A stretch of 64,000 nt of DNA from Spirochaetaceae bacterium (GTDB lineage: Bacteria; Spirochaetota; Spirochaetia; DSM-2461). Both the position numbers and the translations under genes were made by a program. The stretch is from positions 153,968-217,967 of the forward strand of contig JAOPTT010000002.1 in NCBI GenBank assembly GCA_051531975.1, given 5' to 3'. The notes beneath the pieces are model-generated. The model did no database searches, was not told the DNA's origin, and saw only the letters and a list, made by a program, of their open reading frames with translations. Shown here in pieces: positions 40,390 through 50,555 of the stretch; the first letter of the stretch is position 1, and each line of letters starts with the position of its first letter.

Positions 40390-41140
40390 CTAACTTATTA
40401 GTTTTAGTATTTTTTTTAATCCCTCGATCGGATTTTTTATAGGGAATATTCAAGGCCTATATATCCTTCATAATTTATCTCATCGAGTTTTTTAAATATT
40501 TCTTTATAGTTTATTTCACCCAAATATAGTTCATTACGTCCTGGATTACCTGCTGCATGGATATGCCCAATCAAAGGAATATTTTGGCATATATTATTCA
40601 GAATATTACCTTCTGAAACTTGCTGATGGTATATATCAAACAGAACCTTTAAGTAAGGAGAATTTATTTCTTCAATTATTTGAAAAGCATCGTTAGAGCT
40701 ATAGAGATATTAATCTTTGTGATCCACTAAAACATTTGGGGTTCAATCATCAATATAATACCTGCGTCCTCAAGTAATGGAACACATTTTCTAAGACCTT
40801 CGATCATATTGTTTCGCTGTGAAATTCTTGGTGATCCTGTATCATGTCCAACAAGACTTATAAGTTGCTTTACTCCAAACCTCTTTACTACATTAAGGCT
40901 GTCAGAAAGTTCACGCAAATAACTCTCATGTTGATCTGAATCAACTAAACTTGTGGATTTCGTACAAAAGGTTGAAATCTTCATATCAAGCTTATCAAGT
41001 TGAGCTTCAAGTATATCCAAGTCTTTATCGGACCAATCCCAAAATTCAATAATATCTATGCCACATTGTTTAACTTTTTTCATGCTTTCTGTCATGTCTT
41101 GACCACCAAAAATAGCATCCAAACAAACCGAGATGTCCAT
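40390..41140 (-). pseudogene. Hydroxypyruvate isomerase (Hyi)-like TIM-barrel pseudogene
   Basis: IEFW...LMIEP then a frameshift; downstream VDHKD*, LFDIYHQQVSEGN, GHIHAAGNPGRNE..GEINY, GLEY, PIEGLKKI; in-frame stop plus several frameshifts. Confidence 0.88.
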
Positions 41141-41157
41141 GTAAACCCCTATACTCT

Positions 41158-41967
41158 TTAAAGTGTCATTCCACAACTTTCAAGCAACTTAATAGTTGAG
41201 GGTAATTCTTTGCCGTTATTCAAATCTAGAAAATATTCTATGGCAACATTATGTTTGTATCCAATATTTTTAAGCATTTTTATACAAGCAGGTATATCCA
41301 AAGTACTTTTTTCTAGACCTTCTTGCATATTGTTTAAAGATGCACCTCTAATATGGCTGTGTACAACATACTTCATTACTGACCTTGATTGTTCCAAACT
41401 AATGCCCTGCATCTCTAAATGGCTTGGATCAAAAGTTAAACCCACTAAAGGGTACAATTCTCTCAATACGATTTCCACATCTTCAAGCCGTTCTAGTGTT
41501 GTCCCTTGATGACATTCTAAAGAAAAGCTAACACCATGCTTAGATGCTATTCTTGCCCATATTGGCAAACGTTTTAATAACAATGCAATATTAGGTTCAA
41601 CATCACTCTTACTTTGTATTGTCCCTGGACCGATTGTTATATTTCGAACTTTTAATATTGTTGCTAGCTCACAAACCTTCTCAAAGTGATTTGTTATTAT
41701 CTGAAATTCTTCTTCTGTTTTACAGGTTACTTGATGTATGAATCCACAATTAAACGAATCCACAGTCATCCCACAATTTTGTAAAACTACTAAAATCTCA
41801 GTAAAATAATTTATATCCATTAATCTAGAAGGGTATATCCCTTGCCATCCTTCAAGCATGGCCATATCCAGATACCTTGCTCCAAAGTCTGTCATTGTAA
41901 TAAAATTCTTAGACAAATCAGGATACTTATTTGATTCAAAATTCAATGATTGTATTGAAATATGCAT
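41158..41967 (-). CDS. Sugar phosphate isomerase/epimerase (xylose-isomerase-like TIM barrel)
   Basis: Metal-ligand pattern SLECH, FDPSH, HSHIR, IEY; GAGGAG RBS. Confidence 0.85.
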   Translation of the reverse strand: MHISIQSLNFESNKYPDLSKNFITMTDFGARYLDMAMLEGWQGIYPSRLMDINYFTEILVVLQNCGMTVDSFNCGFIHQVTCKTEEEFQIITNHFEKVCELATILKVRNITIGPGTIQSKSDVEPNIALLLKRLPIWARIASKHGVSFSLECHQGTTLERLEDVEIVLRELYPLVGLTFDPSHLEMQGISLEQSRSVMKYVVHSHIRGASLNNMQEGLEKSTLDIPACIKMLKNIGYKHNVAIEYFLDLNNGKELPSTIKLLESCGMTL

Positions 41968-42083
41968 TATTTTCTCCTCGTATTAATAAATTATAGGAAT
42001 ACTCAAATAGATATACTTTAATTATATCTGAAGATTTAATCATTATAATATTGTGCCTATAATAGTAGTTTAAGTTACCATTG

Positions 42084-42257
42084 ATTATAGCCTTATACTT
42101 TTCTGATAGATACGACATTATTTTTACTTTAGGGCACAAATATTGACCAGTTTTCTTTATTGTTTTACCTATGGTTTTTATGCTGTTATACTAATTTCAG
42201 GATATATATCTATTCATATTTAATGAATAATTATTCTGAAGGCGTGGTAAAGTTATT
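42084..42257. promoter_or_regulatory. Repeated promoter cassette, copy 4: intact divergent promoter between the isomerase operon and the two-component system
   Basis: Minus-strand TATAAT (42084-42089); core TACGACATTATTTTTACTTTAGGGCACAAATATTGACCAG; plus-strand TG-t-TATACT (42184-42192). Confidence 0.8.
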
Positions 42258-43871
42258 ATGCAATATAAGTTAGTGATAGTGGATGATGAGAAAACTATTA
42301 GAGAAGGATTGAAGAATTATGTAGATTGGATATCACTTAATTTTGAAGTTGTAGGTTGCTTCGAAGATGGAAAGGAAGCCATAGATTATATTGATGTCAA
42401 TGAGGTGAATGTTGTACTTACAGATATTAAGATGATTGAAATCTCAGGGATACAATTAGCAGAATACATTCATAATAAGAAACCCCAAATAAAGGTTGTT
42501 CTAATTAGCGGGTTTAAGGAATTTGAGTTTGCTAAACAGGCAATTGCCTTTGATGTAGTCGATTATATTCTTAAACCCATTAGAGTAATTGAGATCACCC
42601 GAATTTTTGAAAACATATGTAAAACTCTCACATTAGAAAAACACGATACTGAGCTTAAACTTAAAAAAGATAAACAAATAGATGAGGTTTTAGAACTATT
42701 AAAAGAACAATTTTTTAGAGATTTGATTTTGGGAGCACTTATAGACCCAGGTGAAATTGACAAAAAAATTAAACTCCTAGGCTTCGATAATGATGTTAAT
42801 AGATATGCATTAAGTATTATTGATATAAAACTTGAAAACTACAATGAATATATGCAAACAAAGTGGGAATATGGTAAAGATAGACTAGATAATGCATTAC
42901 GAAATATATTAGGTGGAGAAACCGAAAGTACCAAGTTTTTTACTCTTGTAACGACTCCAGGCTGTTTCAAAATAATAGCAATAGGAAATAGTAACTCATC
43001 AATACAAAGTATGAAAACTTATGTTCATGGTTATGTAAATACACTAAAAGAGAATATAATAAGCGTTTTTGATATGGAGTTGGAAATAGTTGAAATTAAA
43101 AGCTATTTAAATATTTTAGAACTCTCAAAAAGTACTGAAACCATAACAATTCCTGATACGGACTCCACAATTGATGATAATGGTATAGAGTTGATACTTA
43201 AAAATCCAACGCTTATTGAACAACGTAAAATATTCAAAGTTTCAATATTATCTGGAGATGCATCTTCTGTTTTTAGTCTCTTGAATAATATGGTTGATAA
43301 ATTAAAACTTTACCCTCCTAGTAGTATCCATAATTTTATAATTAATCTATTTATGGATCTATTTAATAGTTTGAGTACAATTGATATAAGTATTCAAAAA
43401 GTACGACAGGAAAAATTTGACTATAGTAAACTAATTAAAACAGAGAATATTGAAGGTATCAAAAAATGGGCAAGAGTAATGTCTGAGATGATAATGGAAC
43501 AGATATTACCAGATGCAGAAAATTCTAATAAATTGTTTATTAGAAAGGCATTAGAATACATTACAGAAAGATTCGACCAGGACTTGTCCCTAGACGAAGT
43601 TGCTTCCCATGTTTATTTGAGTCCTGCATATTTTTGTAGACTATTCAAACAGGAAACAGGAGAGAATTTTATTAATTATATAATTAAGATAAGAATTAAG
43701 AATGCTATTAAAATTATGAAAAGTTCAAACCATAAGATTTCGGAAATAGGGATAATGGTAGGCTATAAAAATAGTAAATATTTTTCTAGGGTTTTTAAAA
43801 ATCATACTGGATATACTCCTAGCCACTACCAGATGAAAATTATAAAAGAGGGTTTAAACTCCGATGAATAA
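42258..43871 (+). CDS. YesN-like response regulator (receiver plus AraC HTH)
   Basis: IVDDE, LTDIKM, YILKP; C-terminal LSPAYFCRLFKQETG...VGY....YFSRVFK..TGYTP. Confidence 0.95.
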   Translation: MQYKLVIVDDEKTIREGLKNYVDWISLNFEVVGCFEDGKEAIDYIDVNEVNVVLTDIKMIEISGIQLAEYIHNKKPQIKVVLISGFKEFEFAKQAIAFDVVDYILKPIRVIEITRIFENICKTLTLEKHDTELKLKKDKQIDEVLELLKEQFFRDLILGALIDPGEIDKKIKLLGFDNDVNRYALSIIDIKLENYNEYMQTKWEYGKDRLDNALRNILGGETESTKFFTLVTTPGCFKIIAIGNSNSSIQSMKTYVHGYVNTLKENIISVFDMELEIVEIKSYLNILELSKSTETITIPDTDSTIDDNGIELILKNPTLIEQRKIFKVSILSGDASSVFSLLNNMVDKLKLYPPSSIHNFIINLFMDLFNSLSTIDISIQKVRQEKFDYSKLIKTENIEGIKKWARVMSEMIMEQILPDAENSNKLFIRKALEYITERFDQDLSLDEVASHVYLSPAYFCRLFKQETGENFINYIIKIRIKNAIKIMKSSNHKISEIGIMVGYKNSKYFSRVFKNHTGYTPSHYQMKIIKEGLNSDE

Positions 43872-45663
43872 AAATAGAAGAATATGGCAGTTAATTTTAG
43901 ATTTCAAGTTCCAGAGTATTTATATAAGGAACTTATTAATAATAACTCTTCTTTTTATAATTCCACTTATAATTATAAACATTATCGTATTTGAATATTC
44001 CACTAGTTATGTAATGAAAGAAATTAAGACATTTAATACCAACAATGTACTAAGAGTTAGAGACTCTACAGATAACATATTAGTAGAGTCAAACAGAATT
44101 GCGGCTATGATCGTAAATATGGATAAAGTTAAATATTTTATCCCAAAATACAATTCAGAAATGGACTTGTATAATTCTGCCAATAGTATCCAGGATGATC
44201 TGCTACAATTTATATTGATTGAAGAATATTTACATTCTATATTTATTTTTTCTGAATTAAATGAAAATATTATTTCAAACTCGGATTTTGGTAATATTAA
44301 AACCTTTAACGATATGTCGTGGTATGAAAGCTATAATAAGAATAAAAACAATGAAAGCAGGTGGATTATATCTCGGAAATATAAGGATATATACCCTTAC
44401 CTTATGTCACTTATAAAACCCATAAGTACTACTGAAGGCAGAATTTTAGGTGCAGTTATTATTAATATCAATGCAGAAGTTCTAGGAAATATGTCAGGAG
44501 TGATAGACAATAGTTTTTCTGAAAATCTTAGTATCATAGATAATGATGGGTTAGTTTTATACAATAAAAACCTTAATTATATAGAAAGAAATCTAAAGAA
44601 TTTAGATGAGTTTAGAGGTTTTGATTATTTAGACAAAGAGAACCCCTCAAGCTACACAATTAACGATGAAAAAAAGGTAATAACTGTAGTGGACTCTGAT
44701 TTTGGTCCGTATAAATACATTTTATCCATACCTTTAAAAAACTTTGATAATGAGTACTCCAAAATGAGAAGGTATTTCATTATATTTGTATTAATAAGTG
44801 TTTTATTATCGGCTATTGCAACTTTTATTATATCTATTAGAACATATGAACCATTACGAAATATTTTGTCAATTATAGATGATTCTAAAGGTATACAAAT
44901 TCTTGCACAAGGAACAGGTGATCAGAAAAGTATTAATGAAACAAAGTATATTATAAACAGTATTTTGAAAACAGAAAAAATGAATCATGAGATGGAAAAG
45001 GAACTTTCATACAAATTATCCCTATTAAATAGGGCTCAGACTGTAGCATTACAATACCAGATAAATCCCCATTTTCTTATAAATACACTTGATACAATAA
45101 ACTGGACCGCTATTGGTCTCACTAATAGTGAAAATAAAGTTTCATCCATGGTTGCATCCCTTGCCGATCTATTTCGTTTGAGTCTAGACGCAAAAGATAA
45201 TCTAATTTCAATTGAAAATGAGCTTGAATATGTTAAAAAGTACCTCTTTTTACTTGAGATTAGGTATCCGGATAAGTTTAATGTTATCTGGGATATAAAA
45301 GATGAAGTATTAACATATAAGATAGTAAAACTGTCTATACAACCATTGGTAGAAAATGCTGTTTACCACGGTATTAAACCCAAAAGGCAAAAAGGTAATT
45401 TAACCATCAGATGTTTCTTAGATGGTGACAATATTTGTGTAGAAGTTGAAGATGACGGGGTTGGTTTAAACGAAAGTAAAGTCGATGAAATAAAAAAGTT
45501 GTTATCTCAAGATTATACTGTTGAAGTTGAACACATAGGACTATGCAATATAAATCAACGCGTAAAATTGATATTCGGTCAAGAGTTCGGTATTGCTTTA
45601 AAAAGTAACCGAAATAAAGGATCAGTTGTTAGTATAACATTTCCAGCTATCAACAAAGTGTAA
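43864..45663 (+). CDS. YesM-like sensor histidine kinase
   Basis: Two TMs around a Cache domain; LQYQINPHFL.NTL, QPLVENAVYHG, DDGVG, HIGL.NIN.R. Confidence 0.95.
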   Translation: MNKNRRIWQLILDFKFQSIYIRNLLIITLLFIIPLIIINIIVFEYSTSYVMKEIKTFNTNNVLRVRDSTDNILVESNRIAAMIVNMDKVKYFIPKYNSEMDLYNSANSIQDDLLQFILIEEYLHSIFIFSELNENIISNSDFGNIKTFNDMSWYESYNKNKNNESRWIISRKYKDIYPYLMSLIKPISTTEGRILGAVIININAEVLGNMSGVIDNSFSENLSIIDNDGLVLYNKNLNYIERNLKNLDEFRGFDYLDKENPSSYTINDEKKVITVVDSDFGPYKYILSIPLKNFDNEYSKMRRYFIIFVLISVLLSAIATFIISIRTYEPLRNILSIIDDSKGIQILAQGTGDQKSINETKYIINSILKTEKMNHEMEKELSYKLSLLNRAQTVALQYQINPHFLINTLDTINWTAIGLTNSENKVSSMVASLADLFRLSLDAKDNLISIENELEYVKKYLFLLEIRYPDKFNVIWDIKDEVLTYKIVKLSIQPLVENAVYHGIKPKRQKGNLTIRCFLDGDNICVEVEDDGVGLNESKVDEIKKLLSQDYTVEVEHIGLCNINQRVKLIFGQEFGIALKSNRNKGSVVSITFPAINKV

Positions 45664-45771
45664 TTACAGAACAATTTACCTCAAGATTATAAGGTTGAAT
45701 TATTCTGCAATCAAGAAAATATAAAAACCATATGACTCTATCTTAAAAAATCATAGCTCTTTTTCTTTAAA

Positions 45772-47052
45772 CTAAAGATTCGTATCTATATCCTTATGGG
45801 TAAATGTCTTTTTACCAGTAGCATAATCAGCGGCGATATCACCATTTCCTACAAGTTTATATTTATAGATTGTTAAACCTTCTAGACCTACTGGACCTCT
45901 GGAGTGGATCTTATTTGTTGAGATACCAACTTCTGCACCAAAACCGTATTTGTTTCCATCTGCAAAGCGTGTAGAAGCATTTAAAAATACTGAAGCTGAA
46001 TCTACATTCATTAAAAACTTATCCCAGTTACTACTGTTATTTGTAATAATACAGTCTGTATGACCACTACCATGCAAATTGATAAAATCTATAGCGTTAT
46101 CTAAACCGTCTACTATTTTAATAGAGAGAATTAGTTCGTTATATTCTGTATCCCAATCCTGGTCTGTGGCTTTTTTTATATCAATTATTTTTGAAGTTTG
46201 GGCACAACCTCGAAGTTCTACATCGTTATCTTCAAGTAGTTCCTTAATTTTAGGAAGAAACTCTGCTGCAATGGAACTATCAACTAAAAGTGTTTCTATT
46301 GCATTACAAACTGCAGGATATTGGCACTTAGAGTCTAAAGTTACTTTTAATCCTGTATCTATATCAGCATCTTTGTCCATATATAGATGACATATACCAT
46401 CTGCATGACCCATTACAGGTATTTTTGTATTATCTTTAATAAACTGAACTAGAGAGTTTGATCCCCTTGGTATCATTAAATCAATATATTTATCAAGACT
46501 TAAAATCTCTTTGATATCTTCTCTAGATTCTGCAAATTCTAAACTTGAAGCTAAAAGTTCTGAGACCGTTTCTACTGCCTCTTTAATAAGAGAAAATAGA
46601 GCTTTATTAGTATTTATAGCCTCTTTTCCACCCTTTAAAATACCTGCATTTCCAGATTTAATAAAAAGAGAAGATATCTGAACTAAAGCGTCTGGTCTAG
46701 ACTCAAATATTACTCCAATAACACCAATTGGTACTGAGAACCTAGTAAGAATAAGTCCTTTATCTAACTCTCTTTCTAGCTGAACAGAGCATAAAGGATC
46801 GTTAAGTTCTCTAACACTTTTTATTCCAGCTACAATGGATTTAACCTTATCCTCTGTTAATATTAGTCTTTTATATAAAGCGTTATTTAGTCCATCTGCT
46901 ACATCAAGATCTTTTTTATTCTCTGTTAATATAAAGTCTATATTTTTTAGCAGAGAGTCCTCTATGGATTTCAAAGCACTATTTCTTATTGAAACATCCA
47001 CCGATGACAATTTACTACTTATTGTTTTTAATCTTTTTACCTTATCTATCAT
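45772..47052 (-). CDS. proA: Gamma-glutamyl phosphate reductase
   Basis: GVIFESRPD, LKGGKEA, IPRG, YPAVCNAIETLL, NASTRFADG, GAEVGIST.KIHSRGPVGL. Confidence 0.97.
   Translation of the reverse strand: MIDKVKRLKTISSKLSSVDVSIRNSALKSIEDSLLKNIDFILTENKKDLDVADGLNNALYKRLILTEDKVKSIVAGIKSVRELNDPLCSVQLERELDKGLILTRFSVPIGVIGVIFESRPDALVQISSLFIKSGNAGILKGGKEAINTNKALFSLIKEAVETVSELLASSLEFAESREDIKEILSLDKYIDLMIPRGSNSLVQFIKDNTKIPVMGHADGICHLYMDKDADIDTGLKVTLDSKCQYPAVCNAIETLLVDSSIAAEFLPKIKELLEDNDVELRGCAQTSKIIDIKKATDQDWDTEYNELILSIKIVDGLDNAIDFINLHGSGHTDCIITNNSSNWDKFLMNVDSASVFLNASTRFADGNKYGFGAEVGISTNKIHSRGPVGLEGLTIYKYKLVGNGDIAADYATGKKTFTHKDIDTNL
45790..45802. repeat. Right 13-bp direct repeat (att-like) inside the proA 3' end
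   Basis: ATCCTTATGGGTA encodes (F)THKD of ProA on the minus strand; identical to 27018-27030. Confidence 0.85.
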
Positions 47053-47840
47053 TTTTGACCTAACTCGATACTTCTTTTAACTGTAGCATCCACAGTATTA
47101 TCTATTATAGAACCTATTTCAGAGGATTCTAGTACACCTCTACCTGCAATAGTTGTTCCCCCAGGAGAACTTACCATAGTAATTAAGTCTTCTATTACCA
47201 TGTCCTTCTCGATTAATAATTGAGCTGTACCTAAAAAAGTATTTAAAGTGAGACTTTTTGCAACATCTTCATCTAAACCTTGTTTAATACCTGCTTTAAT
47301 AAACTGATCCATAATTCTAGCTACAAATGCAGGACCTGAACCACTAATACCTGTAACAGCATCCATATGTTTCTCTTCAACTTCTAATGCTATACCAGAA
47401 TAAGATAAAAACTCTAATACTTCAGCCTTCTGGTTAACGTTCATAGACCCAGAAAAAGAGACTCCAGCAGCCATTTTACCCACTAAAGATGGAGTATTAG
47501 GCATAACTCGGGCAATTCCTGGATTAGGTAGCTCTTTAGTTAGATATTTAAGAGTAACACCTGCAGCAATTGAGATTATTATTTTGCTAAAATCTCTGAT
47601 TTCTGGCAGAATTTTTTCAATTATTTGTGGTTTTACAGCTAATACTATAATATCAGAATCCATAGTTAACTCTTTTATAGAGTTATAACATTTTGTCGAA
47701 CTAAAAGATTTTGTAAATAGATCTAAGCGATCTTTATTAATGTCATATATTCCTATTGGAATATTAGGATTCTGGTTGAATAGTGCTCCTGCCATTGCAT
47801 AAGCCATATTTCCAGCTCCAATAAAGCTAATAGTCTTCAT
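47049..47840 (-). CDS. proC: Pyrroline-5-carboxylate reductase
   Basis: FIGAGNMA, LAVKPQ, RVMPNTP, SGSGPAF, SPGGTT; ATGA overlap with proA. Confidence 0.97.
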   Translation of the reverse strand: MKTISFIGAGNMAYAMAGALFNQNPNIPIGIYDINKDRLDLFTKSFSSTKCYNSIKELTMDSDIIVLAVKPQIIEKILPEIRDFSKIIISIAAGVTLKYLTKELPNPGIARVMPNTPSLVGKMAAGVSFSGSMNVNQKAEVLEFLSYSGIALEVEEKHMDAVTGISGSGPAFVARIMDQFIKAGIKQGLDEDVAKSLTLNTFLGTAQLLIEKDMVIEDLITMVSSPGGTTIAGRGVLESSEIGSIIDNTVDATVKRSIELGQK

Positions 47841-47986
47841 AATCTCTCCAATTTTTTACTCATATATATAATGACTTATATTATTTTTTCTTTCAATATA
47901 AAAATCTTCCACAATTTATCAAAATATCGACTCTACTATTTGATCTTTTATTAATTTTAAGTCATATTGTTCACTAAGGTGAATTA

Positions 47987-48325
47987 ATGGAATTTAAAAA
48001 TAGAAAAGAAACTAGATTTATTGCTAACTTCGATGGGTTTTATAGATTAGAAAACACATATGAGTGGCTTGAATGTTATATATATGATATTAGTGAATCA
48101 GGGACTTTATTAAAAATAAAACAACCACTTTTTAAAGATGACAGAGTTGAAATATGTCTTAATACAGATGATACAGATGACATTATTACAGGTACTGTTG
48201 TAAATACAAAAGGTCAGATTGTAGGTATAGAACTTACAACAAAAAATGCTTCAGATATTATAAAGAGCTCAATTGATAGAGCTTTTGCAGGTGCTAGAAG
48301 TGCAAAAAAAAAGAGTGGCTTCTAG
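47987..48325 (+). CDS. Single-domain PilZ protein (c-di-GMP receptor candidate)
   Basis: RKETR (RxxxR) and DISESG (DxSxxG). Confidence 0.85.
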   Translation: MEFKNRKETRFIANFDGFYRLENTYEWLECYIYDISESGTLLKIKQPLFKDDRVEICLNTDDTDDIITGTVVNTKGQIVGIELTTKNASDIIKSSIDRAFAGARSAKKKSGF

Positions 48326-48333
48326 CCACTCTT
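48304..48333 (-). terminator. Intrinsic terminator for ftsH overlapping the PilZ stop codon
   Basis: AAGAGTGGCT-tct-AGCCACTCTT perfect 10-bp stem with an A-run on the plus strand (U-tract on minus). Confidence 0.8.
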
Positions 48334-48351
48334 CTATTCTAATTATATAAT

Positions 48352-50493
48352 TTATTTATCATTCTTATCAGATTTCTCATTCTTTTTAGTTGGATCTTTT
48401 AATTTAAGTTTTAATTCAACTTCATTTACAAATGGGTTCTCTTTTTTATGTTCTGCTTTTACAGTTGGTGGTTTATTCTTTTTAGCATCAATCATAGCCT
48501 GATTACGTTCTAAGATATCATCGTTTCGTTTTTTTCCTGTAATCTCAGCTCTCTCAGACGGTTTCATGTCTAAGCCTTCTCTTTCTAAGAAAGTTACGGC
48601 TCCAAGTTCATCGTCTTTTACTAGTTTCATAAAATCGACACTTGTAAGAACTTCGTCGTGCATTAATCTCTCAGTTATAGATTCAAGAAGAACTAGATGA
48701 CTTTTAAGAACATTCTGAACATGTTGGTAACGCTCTGCTAATATTCTAGATATCTCGTCATCTATATATTGCTGAGTAGTTTCAGAGTACTCTTTAGTAC
48801 TTCCACCACCTTGTAAATATGAGTTCTGTTGTACACTTAAAGCAACATTTTTAAACTTATCGCTCATTCCATATACAGTAATCATATTTTTAACTATCTT
48901 TGTTGCTCTTTCAATATCGTTAGAAGCACCTGTGGATAATTTGTTATATACTAATATTTCTGCTGCTCTACCACCTAAAAGAACATCAACCTCACCAATT
49001 AACTCCTCTTCGGTCATTAAATATCTGTCCTCAGTAGGTGTTTGCATAGTATAACCTAATGCACCAAAGCCTCTTGGTACTATAGATATTTTTTGTACTG
49101 GGTTCTGGTCAGGAGTAAATGCAGCAACTAATGCGTGTCCTACTTCGTGATATGCAACAATCTCTCTCTCTCTTGGATTGATTAGTCTATTTTTCTTCTC
49201 TAATCCAGCAACAGATTTTTCAATTGCTTCTGTAAAATCACACTGAAGAACAGTTTTTCTTCCAGCTCTAACAGCTAATAGTGCTGCCTCATTCACAATA
49301 TTTGCTAAATCTGCCCCAACAAAACCAGGTGTTGCTTTAGCTACATCTTTTAATGAAAGAATAGCATCTAACTTTACACCCTTTGAATGGATTCTTAATA
49401 TTTCTTCACGACCTAATAGGTCTGGTTTATCAACTAATACTTGTCTATCAAAACGACCTGGTCTTAAAAGTGCTTGGTCTAATATTTCAGGTCTATTTGT
49501 AGCTGCTAATAAGATTACACCTGTTTGAGTATCAAAACCATCCATCTCAACTAATAACTGGTTAAGTGTCTGCTCTCTCTCGTCATTAGTTGACATAGCT
49601 GCAGCTCTACTTTTACCAATAGCATCTAACTCATCTATGAATATGATCGACGGTGCTTTCTCTCTAGCCTGTTTAAATAGGTCTCTAACTCTAGCAGCTC
49701 CAACACCTACAAACATCTCTACAAAATCAGCTCCACTTAGTCTAAAAAACGTAACACCAGCTTCACCTGCAACAGCTTTTGCCATTAAAGTTTTACCAGT
49801 TCCTGGAGGTCCAACTAGTAGAACACCTTTTGGTATTTTACCACCAATCTCAGTATATTTTTTTGAGTTCTTAAGGAAGTCTACAACCTCTTCTAACTCA
49901 TATTTAGCTTCTTCACACCCAGCAACATCGTTAAATACAACTCCAGTATCGGTATCAAATAAAATTTTAGATTTATTTTGACCAAAGTTCATAACATTTG
50001 AACCACCCATGCCACCAATCTTTTTAAACATAAATCGCCAAATTAAAAACATTAATCCTAATGGAATAACCCATTGTAATATCATGCCAATTAACGGATT
50101 TGAATCGTCCGGAATAACTTCGTATTGTACTTGTGAATCTTCTAATAAGGTTGTAAAACCTGGATCTGTTAATCTAGGTAGAGGAACAGATCTAAATGAT
50201 GGGCTACCAGTTAAACCAGTTTCCTTTGGATTACTAGTATAACCCTCATAAACTCCATCAACTAATTTAACATATCTAATTTGTCCACTTGATACCATGC
50301 TTTTAAAATCACTAAGTGGTATTGAATTATTTGAAATATTAGAGAAGTAAGAATTTATTGCAAAAATAGCGATAACTACTCCTATCAGGTAGATTATTGG
50401 GAACTTTCCATTACCACCTTTTAGTTTTTTTAATATTTCGTCAAATTTATCATCATTTTCGTTATCATTATTATTTTTATCGGCACCTGCCAC
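48352..50493 (-). CDS. ftsH: ATP-dependent zinc metalloprotease FtsH
   Basis: [38 protein letters not shown] start at 50493 follows AAGGAG (track start 50520). Confidence 0.97.
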   Translation of the reverse strand: MAGADKNNNDNENDDKFDEILKKLKGGNGKFPIIYLIGVVIAIFAINSYFSNISNNSIPLSDFKSMVSSGQIRYVKLVDGVYEGYTSNPKETGLTGSPSFRSVPLPRLTDPGFTTLLEDSQVQYEVIPDDSNPLIGMILQWVIPLGLMFLIWRFMFKKIGGMGGSNVMNFGQNKSKILFDTDTGVVFNDVAGCEEAKYELEEVVDFLKNSKKYTEIGGKIPKGVLLVGPPGTGKTLMAKAVAGEAGVTFFRLSGADFVEMFVGVGAARVRDLFKQAREKAPSIIFIDELDAIGKSRAAAMSTNDEREQTLNQLLVEMDGFDTQTGVILLAATNRPEILDQALLRPGRFDRQVLVDKPDLLGREEILRIHSKGVKLDAILSLKDVAKATPGFVGADLANIVNEAALLAVRAGRKTVLQCDFTEAIEKSVAGLEKKNRLINPREREIVAYHEVGHALVAAFTPDQNPVQKISIVPRGFGALGYTMQTPTEDRYLMTEEELIGEVDVLLGGRAAEILVYNKLSTGASNDIERATKIVKNMITVYGMSDKFKNVALSVQQNSYLQGGGSTKEYSETTQQYIDDEISRILAERYQHVQNVLKSHLVLLESITERLMHDEVLTSVDFMKLVKDDELGAVTFLEREGLDMKPSERAEITGKKRNDDILERNQAMIDAKKNKPPTVKAEHKKENPFVNEVELKLKLKDPTKKNEKSDKNDK

Positions 50494-50555
50494 AATTAAC
50501 TCCTTAAGCTGTATAAACAATTTATGTATAAAAAAACAAAAAGTAAAGGAAATAC

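Larger units (their letters stand above)
27018..45802. mobile_element. 18.8-kb genomic island (putative fucose-glycan utilisation) inserted in the 3' end of proA; no integrase visible
   Basis: 13-bp terminal direct repeats; excision restores a coupled proA-proB junction; accessory sugar genes and pseudogenes inside. Confidence 0.82.

Noticed and set aside
27031..45789. Prophage, ICE or IS machinery in the island
   Set aside because: No integrase, transposase, relaxase, conjugation or phage structural motifs were recognised in the ORFs or pseudogene fragments
47841..47986. T-box or riboswitch upstream of proC-proA
   Set aside because: The region is short and AT-rich, with no T-box (AAGGTGGTACC-like) sequence or terminator hairpin in the proC direction
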